Assembly: GCA_029953675.1 (NCBI GenBank)
Contig: JAMWBK010000013.1
Span: 620,001 to 684,000, forward strand
Length of the DNA: 64,000 bases
Source of the DNA: Rhodosorus marinus CCMP1338
Taxonomy: Eukaryota; Plantae; Rhodophyta
Reading direction: 5' to 3'
The notes beneath the pieces are model-generated. The model was not told the DNA's origin. It did no database searches and worked only from the letters and a program-made list of their open reading frames with translations. This document shows, piece by piece, positions 26,468-38,293 of this stretch. The position numbers and the translations under genes are program-made. Numbering within the stretch: the stretch's first letter is position 1; each line of letters begins with the position of its first letter.

Positions 26468-27169
26468 AAGATTGCCCGAAATGCTTGGAATTCTGCAAGG
26501 TCATGGGAACGAATTTGCGATTCGGTACTAGAGAGTCGGAAACATCGTATCCCGTTGCTCCTAGATGCGCAAGACTCTGATGAGCAATCTACATCAAGCA
26601 ATTGTCCCGTAGCATAACAACTTGGGTGGTTTGCGTTCCCGTGGCGGGCTAGTATTTGACTGATTCCGAAAGCCACTTGCCATCCGCAGCTCCTCGATTG
26701 GAGAGGCCCCCCGCACAAGCTGGTGCAATCCGCCCTTTTCTACAATGAGCACAGAATAGAGAAGTCTGAGGTAGCGACAAGTCCAGGTCACAGATCATCC
26801 AAGACAGTATGCCTCCAGTGACAACCCAGGGATAGAGCATTCAAAGATTGCCCCAAAATGCTCGGAAATACTGCGAGGTCATTGGAACGAGTTTTACGAT
26901 TCGATACTAGAGAGTGGGAAACATCGTATCCATATTGCTCCGAGACAGTTGCGCGATACGCTGATGAGCAGTCTACATCAAGCAAATCGTCCCGCCCCGT
27001 AGCATAACAACTTGGGTGCTTGGGTTCCCGTGCCCGGTTAGTATTTGACTGATCCCGAAAGCCACTTGCCATCGGCAGCTCCTCGATTGGACTGGCCCGT
27101 CGCACAAGCTGGTATAATCCACCCTCCTCTGCGATGTGCACGGAAGAGAAAAATCTACTGAGGCAACGC
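26468..27169. repeat. Two diverged direct copies (about 310-325 bp; 26468-26777 and 26844-27169), possibly a decayed coding or TE relic
   Basis: Colinear shared blocks AAGATTGCCC..AAATGCT.GGAA, TACTAGAGAGT.GGAAACATCGTATC, GTAGCATAACAACTTGGGTG, TAGTATTTGACTGAT.CCGAAAGCCACTTGCCATC, GCACAAGCTGGT; roughly 80% identical by eye. Confidence 0.9.
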
Positions 27170-27548
27170 AGGAAGAGAGTACCTCTCCTCTTGCGCAGAT
27201 CTGTTTCAAGTACCTGAGAGGCACCACTACAGAGCCGCCAAATGTTACGTCTACGGGTCAAGGAGTCAATCGCAAGGTTACGAGATGGTCCTGAAGTAGT
27301 TTGCGCAGGTTTACCATACTACCAATGTTCACGGCATCATTTTAATGGACATTCAATAACATACTTGGTCCACGACGAGAAACCTATCTACAGGATTCAG
27401 ATCTCATTCACAAGCGAATCACAAAATGGGAGCTAGCATCCCAAGCTGGCAATATCTATAAAGCAAATTAACCAAACAACAAAAGGCAAGCAAAAACTTT
27501 CAACCGCTAGTTCTCAATCATAGCGGGCCTTGTGGCTCCACTGTCCGG

Positions 27549-28550
27549 CTACTTTCGATTCAGAGTTTCACGAATTAGATCTCCAGTAGATACATGCACC
27601 ATTCCAAAATCTCGTCGAAGCAACTCGGCTTGACTTCCCTTTCCACAGCCAGGTGGCCCACAAAGAACAACATTGTGCGGATGACCAGGAGACGTCTCGT
27701 TGTTCAGAGAGAGGTTGAGAATCGTAGATCTTATCTTCAAGTTCAGTTCAGCCCTGGTGACGCCCTCGCCAGCCTCGATCTCCACCACCGGAACATCGTG
27801 CTCACTGAAGCTAGTTAATATGCCAGGAATTTCCGAGCGGTAATTGGCAAGCCTCTCGCGTATCGTGTGTTCACTGTCATCATCTCGAACAGTCAACCTG
27901 TTCGCAACTTCCTCAGTAGGCGGCTTCTTGTACTTGAGATTGTATATGTTGCCCGTCTTCGGATCTATTCTCCTGTTCAAAAGGCGGTCCATGAGCTCTT
28001 CGTCGCCAACCTTCACGACAATCACAATTGACGGAAGGCTCTCGTTTTCCGCTAGGATGTCTACTTGGTGGTGTGTTCTCGGGAATCCATCCAGTAACCA
28101 ACCATGCCTAGAGCATTCCGTCCTAGAGAGCCGCTCCTTAAGAAGGCTTCCAATGACCGCATCGGGGATAAGATGGCCTTCTTTGAGGGTCTCCTTTATC
28201 TTTTCTCTGTCCCAAGATACGGGAGCCTGTACCTCAGCAGTCTGTACGTTCGACTTGTGGTCACTCTTGATAAAGGAGCTGAGGCCCTCATCAACGCTCA
28301 GACTTTGGCTGATAGGCGACCTAGAAACCTGACTCAACGCTGGACTTAGAGAAACGGGTGTCATGGCTCCAATACTCAGACCTGAGTCAAAGCTTCTGGA
28401 AACTTTGAGAGTCCCTTCGGTTCTCGACAACTCCGGAGTGGACTCGACGCTCCTTGGGATCCTCATCCAACCTCTAAACTCCGCCGGCAAAGGAGGCTTT
28501 TGCAACATACCCCCCACCTTCCCACTTGTTCTAGTAAGCGTAGACGCCAT
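27549..28550 (-). CDS. Adenylate kinase, apparently circularly permuted (333 aa, single ORF)
   Basis: After a 115-aa Ser-rich leader: G.LIPD, GWLLDGFPRT..Q, LID NRRIDPKTGNIYNLKY.PP, RDDDSE.TIRERL, C-terminal helix. Only then come VVLCGPPGCGKGSQAELL..FGMVHVSTGDLIRE and the stop at 27549-27551. Confidence 0.9.
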   Translation of the reverse strand: MASTLTRTSGKVGGMLQKPPLPAEFRGWMRIPRSVESTPELSRTEGTLKVSRSFDSGLSIGAMTPVSLSPALSQVSRSPISQSLSVDEGLSSFIKSDHKSNVQTAEVQAPVSWDREKIKETLKEGHLIPDAVIGSLLKERLSRTECSRHGWLLDGFPRTHHQVDILAENESLPSIVIVVKVGDEELMDRLLNRRIDPKTGNIYNLKYKKPPTEEVANRLTVRDDDSEHTIRERLANYRSEIPGILTSFSEHDVPVVEIEAGEGVTRAELNLKIRSTILNLSLNNETSPGHPHNVVLCGPPGCGKGSQAELLRRDFGMVHVSTGDLIRETLNRK

Positions 28551-31213
28551 GATATCACTATTCACACGCCAAATGACCTCAAACACAACCCAATCCCACG
28601 ACACGCGCAACGCATACACAACTTGATAAATACTCTCCTCCCCGAAAACCTAGCACACACACACCCAACCCTCCTCACCGCCTTCACCTATTACCACCTG
28701 TCAACACATTTAATACAAAGCACAACCTAAACAACCCCCTCAAACCCCTAAATACCAACACCCCCAAACACAATCCTCTATGCTTATCCCTTCCCCCTCG
28801 CCCTATGGACTACAAATACCCCTGCCACCAGCCCATACCCAATTCCCAATGTTTGCTATCGTTTGCCCTCTAATGAAAGAGCTTGCACTCCTATCGCCAT
28901 AGTGACTTACTCATTTACCTCACCCCCCCGGCGGGGGTGTAAAATAGCTGTAAAGCTAAACCAAAAACCCTAATAGCGGAAAAGACCTCAATCTCCACCT
29001 AAATTTTTCACTCCAATCAGTAAAAAAAAAAAGCATCAGCCATCCCATGAAACTGATTCTATCCCCCTGGATAATATCCACGAATATTCTGGAACTGTTT
29101 ACAAAATATAAACTATTAAACATAATCGATCTTTTTTTAAGATAGCCACCCCTGTTTAACTCTTTTTTGGAAAGCTGACGGGACGGCTTACTACTTTTGT
29201 GATGGGCGAGGGGGGGGGGTGCGCCACCGTGGCGGGTGGGAATTTGAGGAGAACAGAAAGCCCCTGTAAGAGATCAAAAGGAGCCTATGGTGTAATTTTT
29301 CTTCAGCCTCCCTCACCCTTTTTGGGCTCTCGTTAAAGAAACTAAGCTACCACTGAAAATTCGTATGGCGATTGGTTCTAATAGATATTCACTTTTGTTT
29401 GATTGGTTAAGAAGTACTGGACACTTTTTGGCAATGTCATTCCAGGCAAACTCACCAATGGACGGACTATGCCTTGAGAAATATAACTGAAAAGGCCTCC
29501 CTGACTTATGCAAATATTTAATATTCAGTCGATAGTTGTTCTCGTTTCTGAACCCCCTACTTATAGTCTCGCGACATATCGTTTTATTCATAAAATTTTA
29601 AATATTATCCGGGATTACTGTTTTGTTTCTGAGCATTCGAGGGGTATGCAAAATTGATGAGAGAAACTAATAATTATCAAGGCAAACAACAAGCGCTCCT
29701 GTGAACTGTTGCTAATTGAGGACAGCGAAAAAGATTGAAAGGTAAGATTTTTCCTTCACTCCCATACTCGAAAACCGGAATGATAACGACTGATACGATA
29801 TATGATGATTGAAAATCTTCGTGCTCCTTTTTTTTTATGCTGAAAGCAAGAGATCGAATCTCCATCGTTTCGCCTACGTCGAATTTGATTTGAGCTTCTC
29901 CAATTTTCAGAAGGTTTTTCAAGCAAATGACGAAAAAAATTTGCGCGCCTCGATTAGGATCTATACTCAAATAAAAATATAGCACGTGTCTCAACGTTAC
30001 CTTTTTTTTTTTTTTTTTGTATTTGCTCGTCCTGGTTTTGGCCTACCTTCAACCCCTGCAACTTCTAATAGAAAACTTGGAATCTGGAGCTTCACCAAAA
30101 CAACTGTTGGTTTCAGCGCCTTACGGATGGTTACTTCCATTACCCAGAAAATCTCACTTGCCTGCCCACCCCCCAAAACAAAAAGCTCTCCATACAACAA
30201 GTTCAGGATTTTCCGGAATTACTCATTTTCCTTGACTTGTTAAGAGCGAGCTTTCGTGCTGGGCGATGTTTGTTTTCTAATAAATAGGAAAATGTAGGTG
30301 GGTCACCTTTGGAGGCCATCGAAAATCGCATTCGAGGCTGTTTTCGTGATAGAATTATTGAATAAACGCTATGTATCAACCCATATATTTCATGAATAGG
30401 ATAATAAATGATATTCAAACCCGGTATTTCTGCCGTATAACCGGTTAGACTTGATTGAACTTGGTGTCAGCAGCGATTGGGATTATTCCTCCTTTTTTCT
30501 TTTTGGTAGATCCATGCGGTTGGCATAGCACCTTCCAGCCATCGAGCTACGCTCTGGCGGATGGGCAGCTCCTTTTTTTTTTTTTGACCACAGCTAAGAG
30601 CACTTGCATGCTAGCCCGACGGGAGTTGGAAGAAAACGGAACCAGAAGTGTGAGAGTTACTGGTACGGGTCATGACCGGGCAGCGAGTCCTGATCCTCCT
30701 TATGTTGGACAAGACACACGTGAGTTTGACGACGTCTAGAAGATGAGCCTGATAGTTTTTCTAGATCCTTTCAGGTCGAACGGGGATAAGGGTACCAGCT
30801 TGACGTTTTGGCTGCGATATCAGGGCCTCCTCTAGTGACCTCGTTTGCACAATGAAAAGAGCCTCCTTGTACGTCAAACATAAGCAGGGAAACCGTGGTC
30901 ATTGAAAAAACTCGTATGTTGTCTTGGAGCGTGGTTTACCAGAAGCAAACGACGCAACTAGCTACTTGAAATACTCCTTAAGGTTCAGTTCCTCCTTAGC
31001 TCCCTCGCCTTCTTCGTGAACGACTTCACCGTCCACTAGTTGCTCAAAACCATCAGTATATCATACACAACCAACCAAGCTCACCACATCTCAGTGATTC
31101 TTGAAAGCGTTCGTGGAGCTGCCAGCAGGTATTCAATGCTGTCCTCGAATTTACTCCTACCCACTAAGCAGCTTCATCTTGTACTCGAAAGCCATCAACC
31201 CCTCCTTGGAAGT

Positions 31214-32251
31214 TTAGTGCTTGAGCGCGGATGCCTTCTCTGCAGCATCCTTGAACGACTCCGAGAGATTCACAAGTGCGTCTCGCTGAACAGTCACCAT
31301 TTTCTGCGTCCACTCCGTCAGACTATTCGCAATCTCAGAGGCAAGTTTCTCGCAGACCTTGCGGAGCTGGATTGAAGTATCCATCCAGACCGGCTTGGCC
31401 GCGTCCGCCAATGCTAGCAAGTTGCTCCGCTTGGTCTCATCGTCCTCCCTTTCCACTTGGTTCTTGTACTTCAAGTAATCGGTCTGCGAAACGTATAGGA
31501 TAGACTTAGTGATTTGTACGCACGCCGTGCGCCACGTGGAACAGTTCCTACCTTTTGGGTTTGATATCTTTTCTGCAATGGCGTAATCTGCTTCATGTAA
31601 GTTTCTTCAAAACGCCTGCTGATCTGTTGCAAAGGAGCGTTCATATCCGCAGCAAACCTGAAACGAGAGGGACCGAGTTCAATCAAACTTTGCTTCACAT
31701 CCAACGCACCCCGAACGTAGTGTAGGCGAAGTGCGAGTTACATACTTCTCCATCACTAAAGAGGCGGCGATTTCCGCTTTCCCGACCGCTACGTGCGCAG
31801 TAATTGTATCAGCAGTGTAGAACTTTTCAAACGCGGCCACTTGCAACAGCTTCTCTCCGAGCTTCTTTTCTGCCTCCGCCTCGTGGCGCAGAGCCTTGTA
31901 GTGTAGACTAACCGCGGCAACCATATCCTTGAAAGCCGAGCGAACTGCCTCCAGACTCTTAACCGAATCAGCCTGTTGCCAGAATTCCGAATACAACAAT
32001 CAGTGGGCAACTAGCGATTTCCACAAAGAGGAGAACCAAGCCACGAATGTCCAGTCAGATGTGCAAGGCGAATAAACTTCAACACGGCTCACCAGTTCTT
32101 CATCTTCAATATACAATTGACCAGCATCATTGACCCCATACACCTCGGCCCATTTGTTGTTCATCTGCTTTTGAAACTGCGCCGCCTTGGGACCAATGTC
32201 CTGAGAGGCCTTACGCATCTTATCGTTCAAATTCGAAAAAAACGAAGACAT
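31214..32251 (-). CDS. BAR/AH-like coiled-coil protein, 4 or more exons
   Basis: ATG 32251 (MSSFFSNLNDKMRKASQ..., amphipathic start). Helical heptad-rich exons (LEAVRSAFKDMVAAV..., MNAPLQQISRRFEE..., DYLKYKNQVER). Family call is inferred from length and composition; the 3' end is uncertain. Confidence 0.6.
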
Positions 32252-32432
32252 GCTTGCTCGCTCTTTTTCGGAGAACACTAAAACTTAGATTTAAAACGTA
32301 AAAGACGCAAACGGACTCCGACACAAACAGCCCGTCAAACCCCCTCCCTGCCTCCGAAAAGATCAATCAGAACAGGAAAATCCAGAGGGCTCCAAAAATG
32401 AAAAAGAAACCTTTCAGATCACAACCTTCTCA

Positions 32433-32615
32433 TTAGACTTTTTCCCTTCCCTCTAGCATCCCATACTGAACGAAATCTCTCACAGTCCTCACCTTCTTGA
32501 ACTCCTGGTCTAACAACTCTACGTCGGTATATATATATACACAGAGCAGCCGGAGTCGTACATCCATGAAAGACAACTCCCTCCCCTCCTCAAAATACAC
32601 AACAAAATCAAACAC
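32433..32615 (-). pseudogene. Possible degenerate acyl-carrier-protein-like fragment
   Basis: FEEGRELSFMDVRLRLLCVYIYTDVELLDQEFKKVRTVRDFVQY aligns without gaps to the ACP C-terminal half (11/44 identities to recalled E. coli AcpP). The DSL serine is replaced and there is an in-frame stop just upstream. Confidence 0.3.
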
Positions 32616-33875
32616 ATATTTCGAAGTTCAGTTCATGACTAAAAACCATAGAGCATATACATTTATCAATCAATAAGGTTTCTCAAAAGCTGGTTATTAT
32701 TCTCCTTTTCAGCTGTATTTCGTAATAATGATTGCTATTTTTCTTTTCTTTTGATTTATAGGTGTCATTTATCCTTTCAAGGGTCCACAACCGAAATCTA
32801 CGAATGTCATGGTGGGATTGGAAATCAGTCAAATATATGATCGATAAGTTCCTATTTTCAAGATATAATACCTGTTTTGACTGAATAAGGTGATCCTTTC
32901 CCGTTTTCTATGTGTCGTTTATGAATGTTTGGGGCTAGCTAAAAAAAAGTTGAATTCCTGTTCTTTTTGTGAGGTTGAAGTTTTCATTTAAAAGGCTTTG
33001 TTTTTCTTCTGAAAAATGTAAATGAAGTTCAAATACCGGCGGCGTTTCTTTTCCGGAAAAAAAACAACAACTCCGAGTTGTTTGAAATTGAAAACTCCTT
33101 GTATTGAATTGTCTTAAAATAATTGGAATTTGGGGTTAAACCGCCAATCAGTAGGCAGCGACTTTTTGTCGAGTCCTTTATTGACGCGTGTCATAGTCGT
33201 CCTTGAAGGGGGAATGAGCGTTTTCGAGCTACGATGCTGGACTGCGCGGTCAGTACGATTGGGTGGTCAGTCAGGGTGCGACTGGGCTTCTTCATGCAGG
33301 TCTGTGCATGATGACCCTTCTAGAATACAAAATGGGAGAAGAGCTTCAAGACGCGCCAGTGAACTTCAGAGCAGTTCTTGACTGCTTCGGCTTGGAGTGT
33401 ACTGCTGAACACCTCGGAACAGTTCTTTTCACCCCATGGCTCATCAGCGGAAGCAATCGAGGGGTTGTGAACAGAAACTCGGCGGGGGTAGTCAGCTAAA
33501 GGAGACACCAGGGCGTAAACAGCAAACTGTTGGCATCGATATGATCACGAGTCGCACAGGTCGGATAGTCAGTTTACACAGACGCAAATGCCATTGATTT
33601 TGCTTAGACTACAAAAGACCTCCGCTTTGGATGAGGTTCTCATGAAAATAAGGAGTTTGCTAATCATTTCAGGTTTCAAAACCAACGAACTCCCGCTGAG
33701 ATTCGGGATAGCTGAGTAAGTACCAGCAACTGCGCGGACGGCTTGGCGCACACTTCCCTTCCAAAAAGCCGCACTATCATCTGGCCCATTCCTGGTCCTG
33801 AATTTCATTCAAGTTTCTGTACGCGTTCCTGGCCTGCCTTCTTCAGGCCCAGTAATAGCGGATTTCATTCTTTTG

Positions 33876-35256
33876 TTAATCCCTTTTCGAGTTATTCGTC
33901 CCCGGATGGGTTCCATCCCCCTTCACTTCACCGAGGTTCAACTGAAGTGAGCTCGCGTCAAGGAACATCCTATTGCTCGAACCTGAAAGAGTGCCTGCAA
34001 TTTCCCTAGCCGCTTCGATTCGTCGAAGCTGGATGAAACCGGGATTGTTTCGCATGGCGTCACCTAAGTAGAGCAAGTCGACCGGGACAATCATTAGGCT
34101 AAGTCTCGCTACAAACTCAAAGCCCAAAACAAGTTGATTTCACTGCAAACGAGCATACCGATCATTTCAGCTGATTTAGCCTCTCCCTGCGCTCGGATGA
34201 TGATAGATTTCTTGTCTTGTAGGGCTTTCTCGACTAAGAACCTCGCTCTCTCGGCTTCCTGTTGCGCGACCTGCTTTGCCTCCACCGCAGCAGTGTACTC
34301 TTTACCGAACGCAAGATGCGTAATTGAAACGTCGTCCAAGAGAATGTTGAAGTCCATGGCTCTTTCTCGGAGGTTCCTAGAGATTAATCTTGAAACCTAA
34401 CCATAGGGTAGCTCGCGCGTGAGGTCGCATCCGGATGATACTGGCAAAACAAGAAATCTGTAATTGCGTACCTGCTCTCGCTGCGTGATCAACTGGGACG
34501 CGTTAAACTGAGCTACGACTGACTTCAATACCTCGTTCACAATGGAAGGAAGCACACGTTCATCCCAGTCCGATCCAAGGGTTCGATAGATCGTAGGTAA
34601 TGCTGTTGGATTGGGTCTGGATAGAACGCGCAACGTGATCTGCACCATCTGTAGATCTGTTGCAAGGGGATCGATGAGCCGTATCTGTGAGCAAAGCGCG
34701 TCGGGGCGTAACCTCACCAACGCAATCTCTCGTAGCCTGAATCATGATTGAACAAACCTCTGCTTCCGGTGAGGGACTGAATGTTCCTCGGCTTTGCCCG
34801 AACATCGTAGATCACTGGGACATCAACAAACGGTACTCGCAGATGCGTGCCTTCTCCGTATACGTTCTCCTTTACGCCAGTTATCTTATTGAAAATGACA
34901 GCCCTGTGACCTCCATCCACTGTAGAGTTGAAAAAAGTACTCCATTTCAGCTATACTGCGATAAGAAGTGGCGATCAAGTGAATGTATTCATCATACCGT
35001 TGTACAATCCGTATCGGTAGCCCGCAATACCCGCGGTAAGTAGAACACCAGCCCCGACCAATAGACGTGCACCTGATGAACAAAAGACAATCAACGAAAG
35101 TAATCCGCGACTCAGCAAAGCGTGCGAAAATTCCCAAACATCTAATGCCGCACAAAGCGCGTCCCGTCCTTCTATAGGCTCGAAGTGGTTTTTGTACGTA
35201 CTTGCACCCGCCCCAGGCGGCATTCGGACATCGTTGAAGTTTGGTAAACCGCTCAT
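33876..35256 (-). CDS. PHB2: Prohibitin-2 (SPFH/band-7 family, mitochondrial), multi-exon
   Basis: [130 protein letters not shown]. Confidence 0.96.
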
Positions 35257-36383
35257 GCCGGCTCAAGTCAACAACGGACACGCTCTCGCACCCGACCTTT
35301 TCAACGAAGCTTGTATCCCTCCCACAACTCAACAAAGCCCCTCGATCTCTCCCTTCTTTACTCTAACGCTCGCAAAGGACATTGAAAACAATGCTTCCAT
35401 CCCCGTTACCAGCGCCCTTACGAAAATATCGATTGCCGTTCCCAATCGATACCAAAACCCACTATTTCCCCCAAGACGCCAATCCATCCACTTCATTGCC
35501 ACGCTCCGCAGATGCTCAACGACACCACCACAGCTAAATGGAAGCTTCCTTGTTTTAGAAATCAGCTCCATAAACATATTTCTTATTTCAAAATAATTTC
35601 CTTCAAGACTACGCTTAGCGTAATTATACGAGCAAATTGTTTTATATTAAAGACCTGGTCTTAAAAAATATTCTACTTGTTCATACCATGTTCTTTCTAA
35701 TTATTCTTAAATTACGCAAACGCATTATCAAAACAAAGTTTCATTCAACATAGAATCGATGATCTACGATATATTTAGGAAACGTCCCAAGTGAGAGAAA
35801 CATTCAGCTGCACTAAGGGGGGGAGTGTTCCGTTTGGAAAAGTGCCATAAATTAGAAAAAAGGTAAAATTTACAGGTACCTATGTCAACGGTTACGAACG
35901 TTCTGGGTGCTCTAAAGTCCGCAGTCCGCGACGGTGGTTCAATCTGCTTTTCTATGACTCAATCATTATTGTGAAAATGTGTGGAATGCGAAAAAAACCT
36001 CACGGGCCGAAAGTAGTAGATGATAGAGAGATGATTGGATAGTAGTTGGCCTACCGGTTGAAGAACTAAGATAAAATAAAACATCTACGATGAACTTTTT
36101 CCGACAGAAATTCGTATCCAGGGAATTATCAACGGCTTAGATATATTATTGGATAATAGTATCCTATATAGAGTTTAAAATATTTCATTGGATATATATT
36201 TACGCTAAAGCTTTTGATTGGTTAGAATGGGGTTAATGTAGAGTTCATAAGTATTGATAGTCTCAATGGGAGCCGATCGGCTGCGAGCTCCGGCCGTAGT
36301 CGAGTAGGCGCAGGTTGAGTTCTGATCGATGGCAAACTTTGCTAGTGTCTGCAGTAGGCTTTGGGAAACTTGATTGATCAGAT

Positions 36384-37978
36384 ATGCTGCGTCTACTATT
36401 TCGAAACGTTGGTAGATCGTCTTTTCCTCAACCAAGTCGTTTGATCGGTCAAAGATGGGCATCAGGCGCAGAATTGGCAACTGGTTCTGTGCCTACAAAG
36501 GAGGAAGGGGGAGCAAGTACCCCTGCTAAGAATACTACCGAAAAGAAGTCAGATTTAGAGGGGCAGTTATCCAGTGAAGACGAGAAAAAGGCCCTGAGGG
36601 CAAAGAAATCCGACGCCGAGAAGGACAAAGAGACCAGGTCATCCAGCTCCCAAAAAAAGCCGCAGGCACAGGCAAAGGAATCTGGAAGTAGTTCGCCGGA
36701 TTCGAAACAGTCTAAAGACTCGAAGAAATCCAAAAGTGATGGGCCAGCTGTTGAGAAGGTAGCGCAGTCTTCAACGACGCGGGAGGGGAAAGGCAAAGCT
36801 GAAAGTAAAAAACCGCGTTCCGAAGAGGACCAGAAACGCTTGGAATGGAGAAGTGAACTTTCCACGAAGCGGTACAAGGAGCTCCTTGAGGTCCATGCAT
36901 ATGCAAAGGAGAACAATATAGAGATACCGGACGCGCCTCAGCGACGGCCTAAACTGCAACCTAATGCGAGCCCGGAGGAGTTCGCGAAATACGAGGAGCA
37001 AATTAAGAGCTTTGTGAAAAGGGCGCGTCTACTTGATAGGCTAAGAGCTCAGCTCAGAGGAGTGGTAAAAGGAAAGGAGTTCAGCGTAGAGGATGCCATT
37101 GATATGGTGGTTAAGCATCAAAGGAGACCAACCCAAGGAATAAGGGTGCGAAACAGTCAAACGAACGACCTGTGATTATTCATATCCTAAAAATGCTGTG
37201 CTTGTGGTTCTCGTGTATCCTACAGGTAAATTTTGTCTTGGGAATCGATGCCTCCAAGTCGAACCAGCTGATACGGCACGTAGGTGTACTACCCCATGGA
37301 CCTCTGGCTGCCAAGCGGAAAATCGTCGTTTTCGCGAAACCCGAGTTGCACGAAGAAGCAAAGGCCGCTGGAGCAGACGTCGTAGGGTACACAGACTTAA
37401 TTAAGGAGATTGAAGAGTCTGGGACGATTGAATGCGATAGGGTGATCGCCACACCGGACATGATCCGCCCTCTCGCGAAGATCGCACGGATTCTCGGTGA
37501 AAGGAACCTTATGCCGAACCCAAAGTTTGGAAGTCTGACTGAGAACATCGAAGACGAGATTAAAGCTTGGAGGCACAACAAACTGTTCTTGAAGAACACA
37601 AAGTATGGACGCCCACCCTCAGTATTCTAATTGATAACCAATCCCCGATCTAATGGGTAGAGACTAACGCGAGGCTCACCCGTATTTGTTCGTCATCCCA
37701 GGATTGGAAATGTTGAGTTCGCCTTCGGAGTGGCAGGCTTGGGAAAAGAGAAACTGGTTGAAAATTTTGCGGCGGCTTGCTTTGCAATTTACGAAGCGAA
37801 GCCTACAGTAATTAAGAAAGGGTACGTGAAGACGATTCGAATTACCGCAAGCTACGAAAAGCCCATGCTCATAGACAAAGCATCGATTAACGAGCTGCTG
37901 AGCCAGTTCGAGAAGGAAGAAAAACTTTTTATGACCACTGGCGTTGTCACCACAAAAGGATTCGACGCACACACATAA
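36384..37978 (+). CDS. MRPL1: Mitochondrial ribosomal protein uL1 with a long charged N-terminal extension
   Basis: Presequence-like MLRLLFRNVGRSSF...RWAS; LPHG, KIVVFA, AKAAGADVVG, DRVIATPDM..LAKIARILG.RNLMPNPKFGS; final exon ...EAKP..IKKGYVKTI.IT. Confidence 0.85.
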
Positions 37979-38293
37979 AAACGCGGTTCAGAAGTAGAGT
38001 AGGGGCCAGATAGTAATCGCCTCAGCTCGCTTATTTAGATCTCCTCCGTTCTCGTGGAAAGACGTCTACCGTGGTCCCCTAGTGAATGACTCATAGCGTG
38101 CAGAGGAGTTGGAGCGATCTACTAACAGTCAGACACTGGCATCCTTTCTTGAAGAAGGGTAGTTTCGGTACCAATCTGGTCTTTTGCTGTGAGCTGCGGA
38201 TTTGAATATCACCCACCACCTGGCATGCTCGAAAGGCATCTCGTGAATACAAATTACAAAGTGTTTAGTTTAAGATAATTACTAGTAGGAAAC

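Noticed and set aside
29986-30243. Short ORFs on both strands suggesting a TE fragment
   Set aside because: No transposase or RT motif found; the frames end in homopolymer runs.
33130-33508. Protein-like plus frame (MTLLEYKMGEELQDAPVNF...)
   Set aside because: Short, no recognisable family, and no supported start or splice structure.
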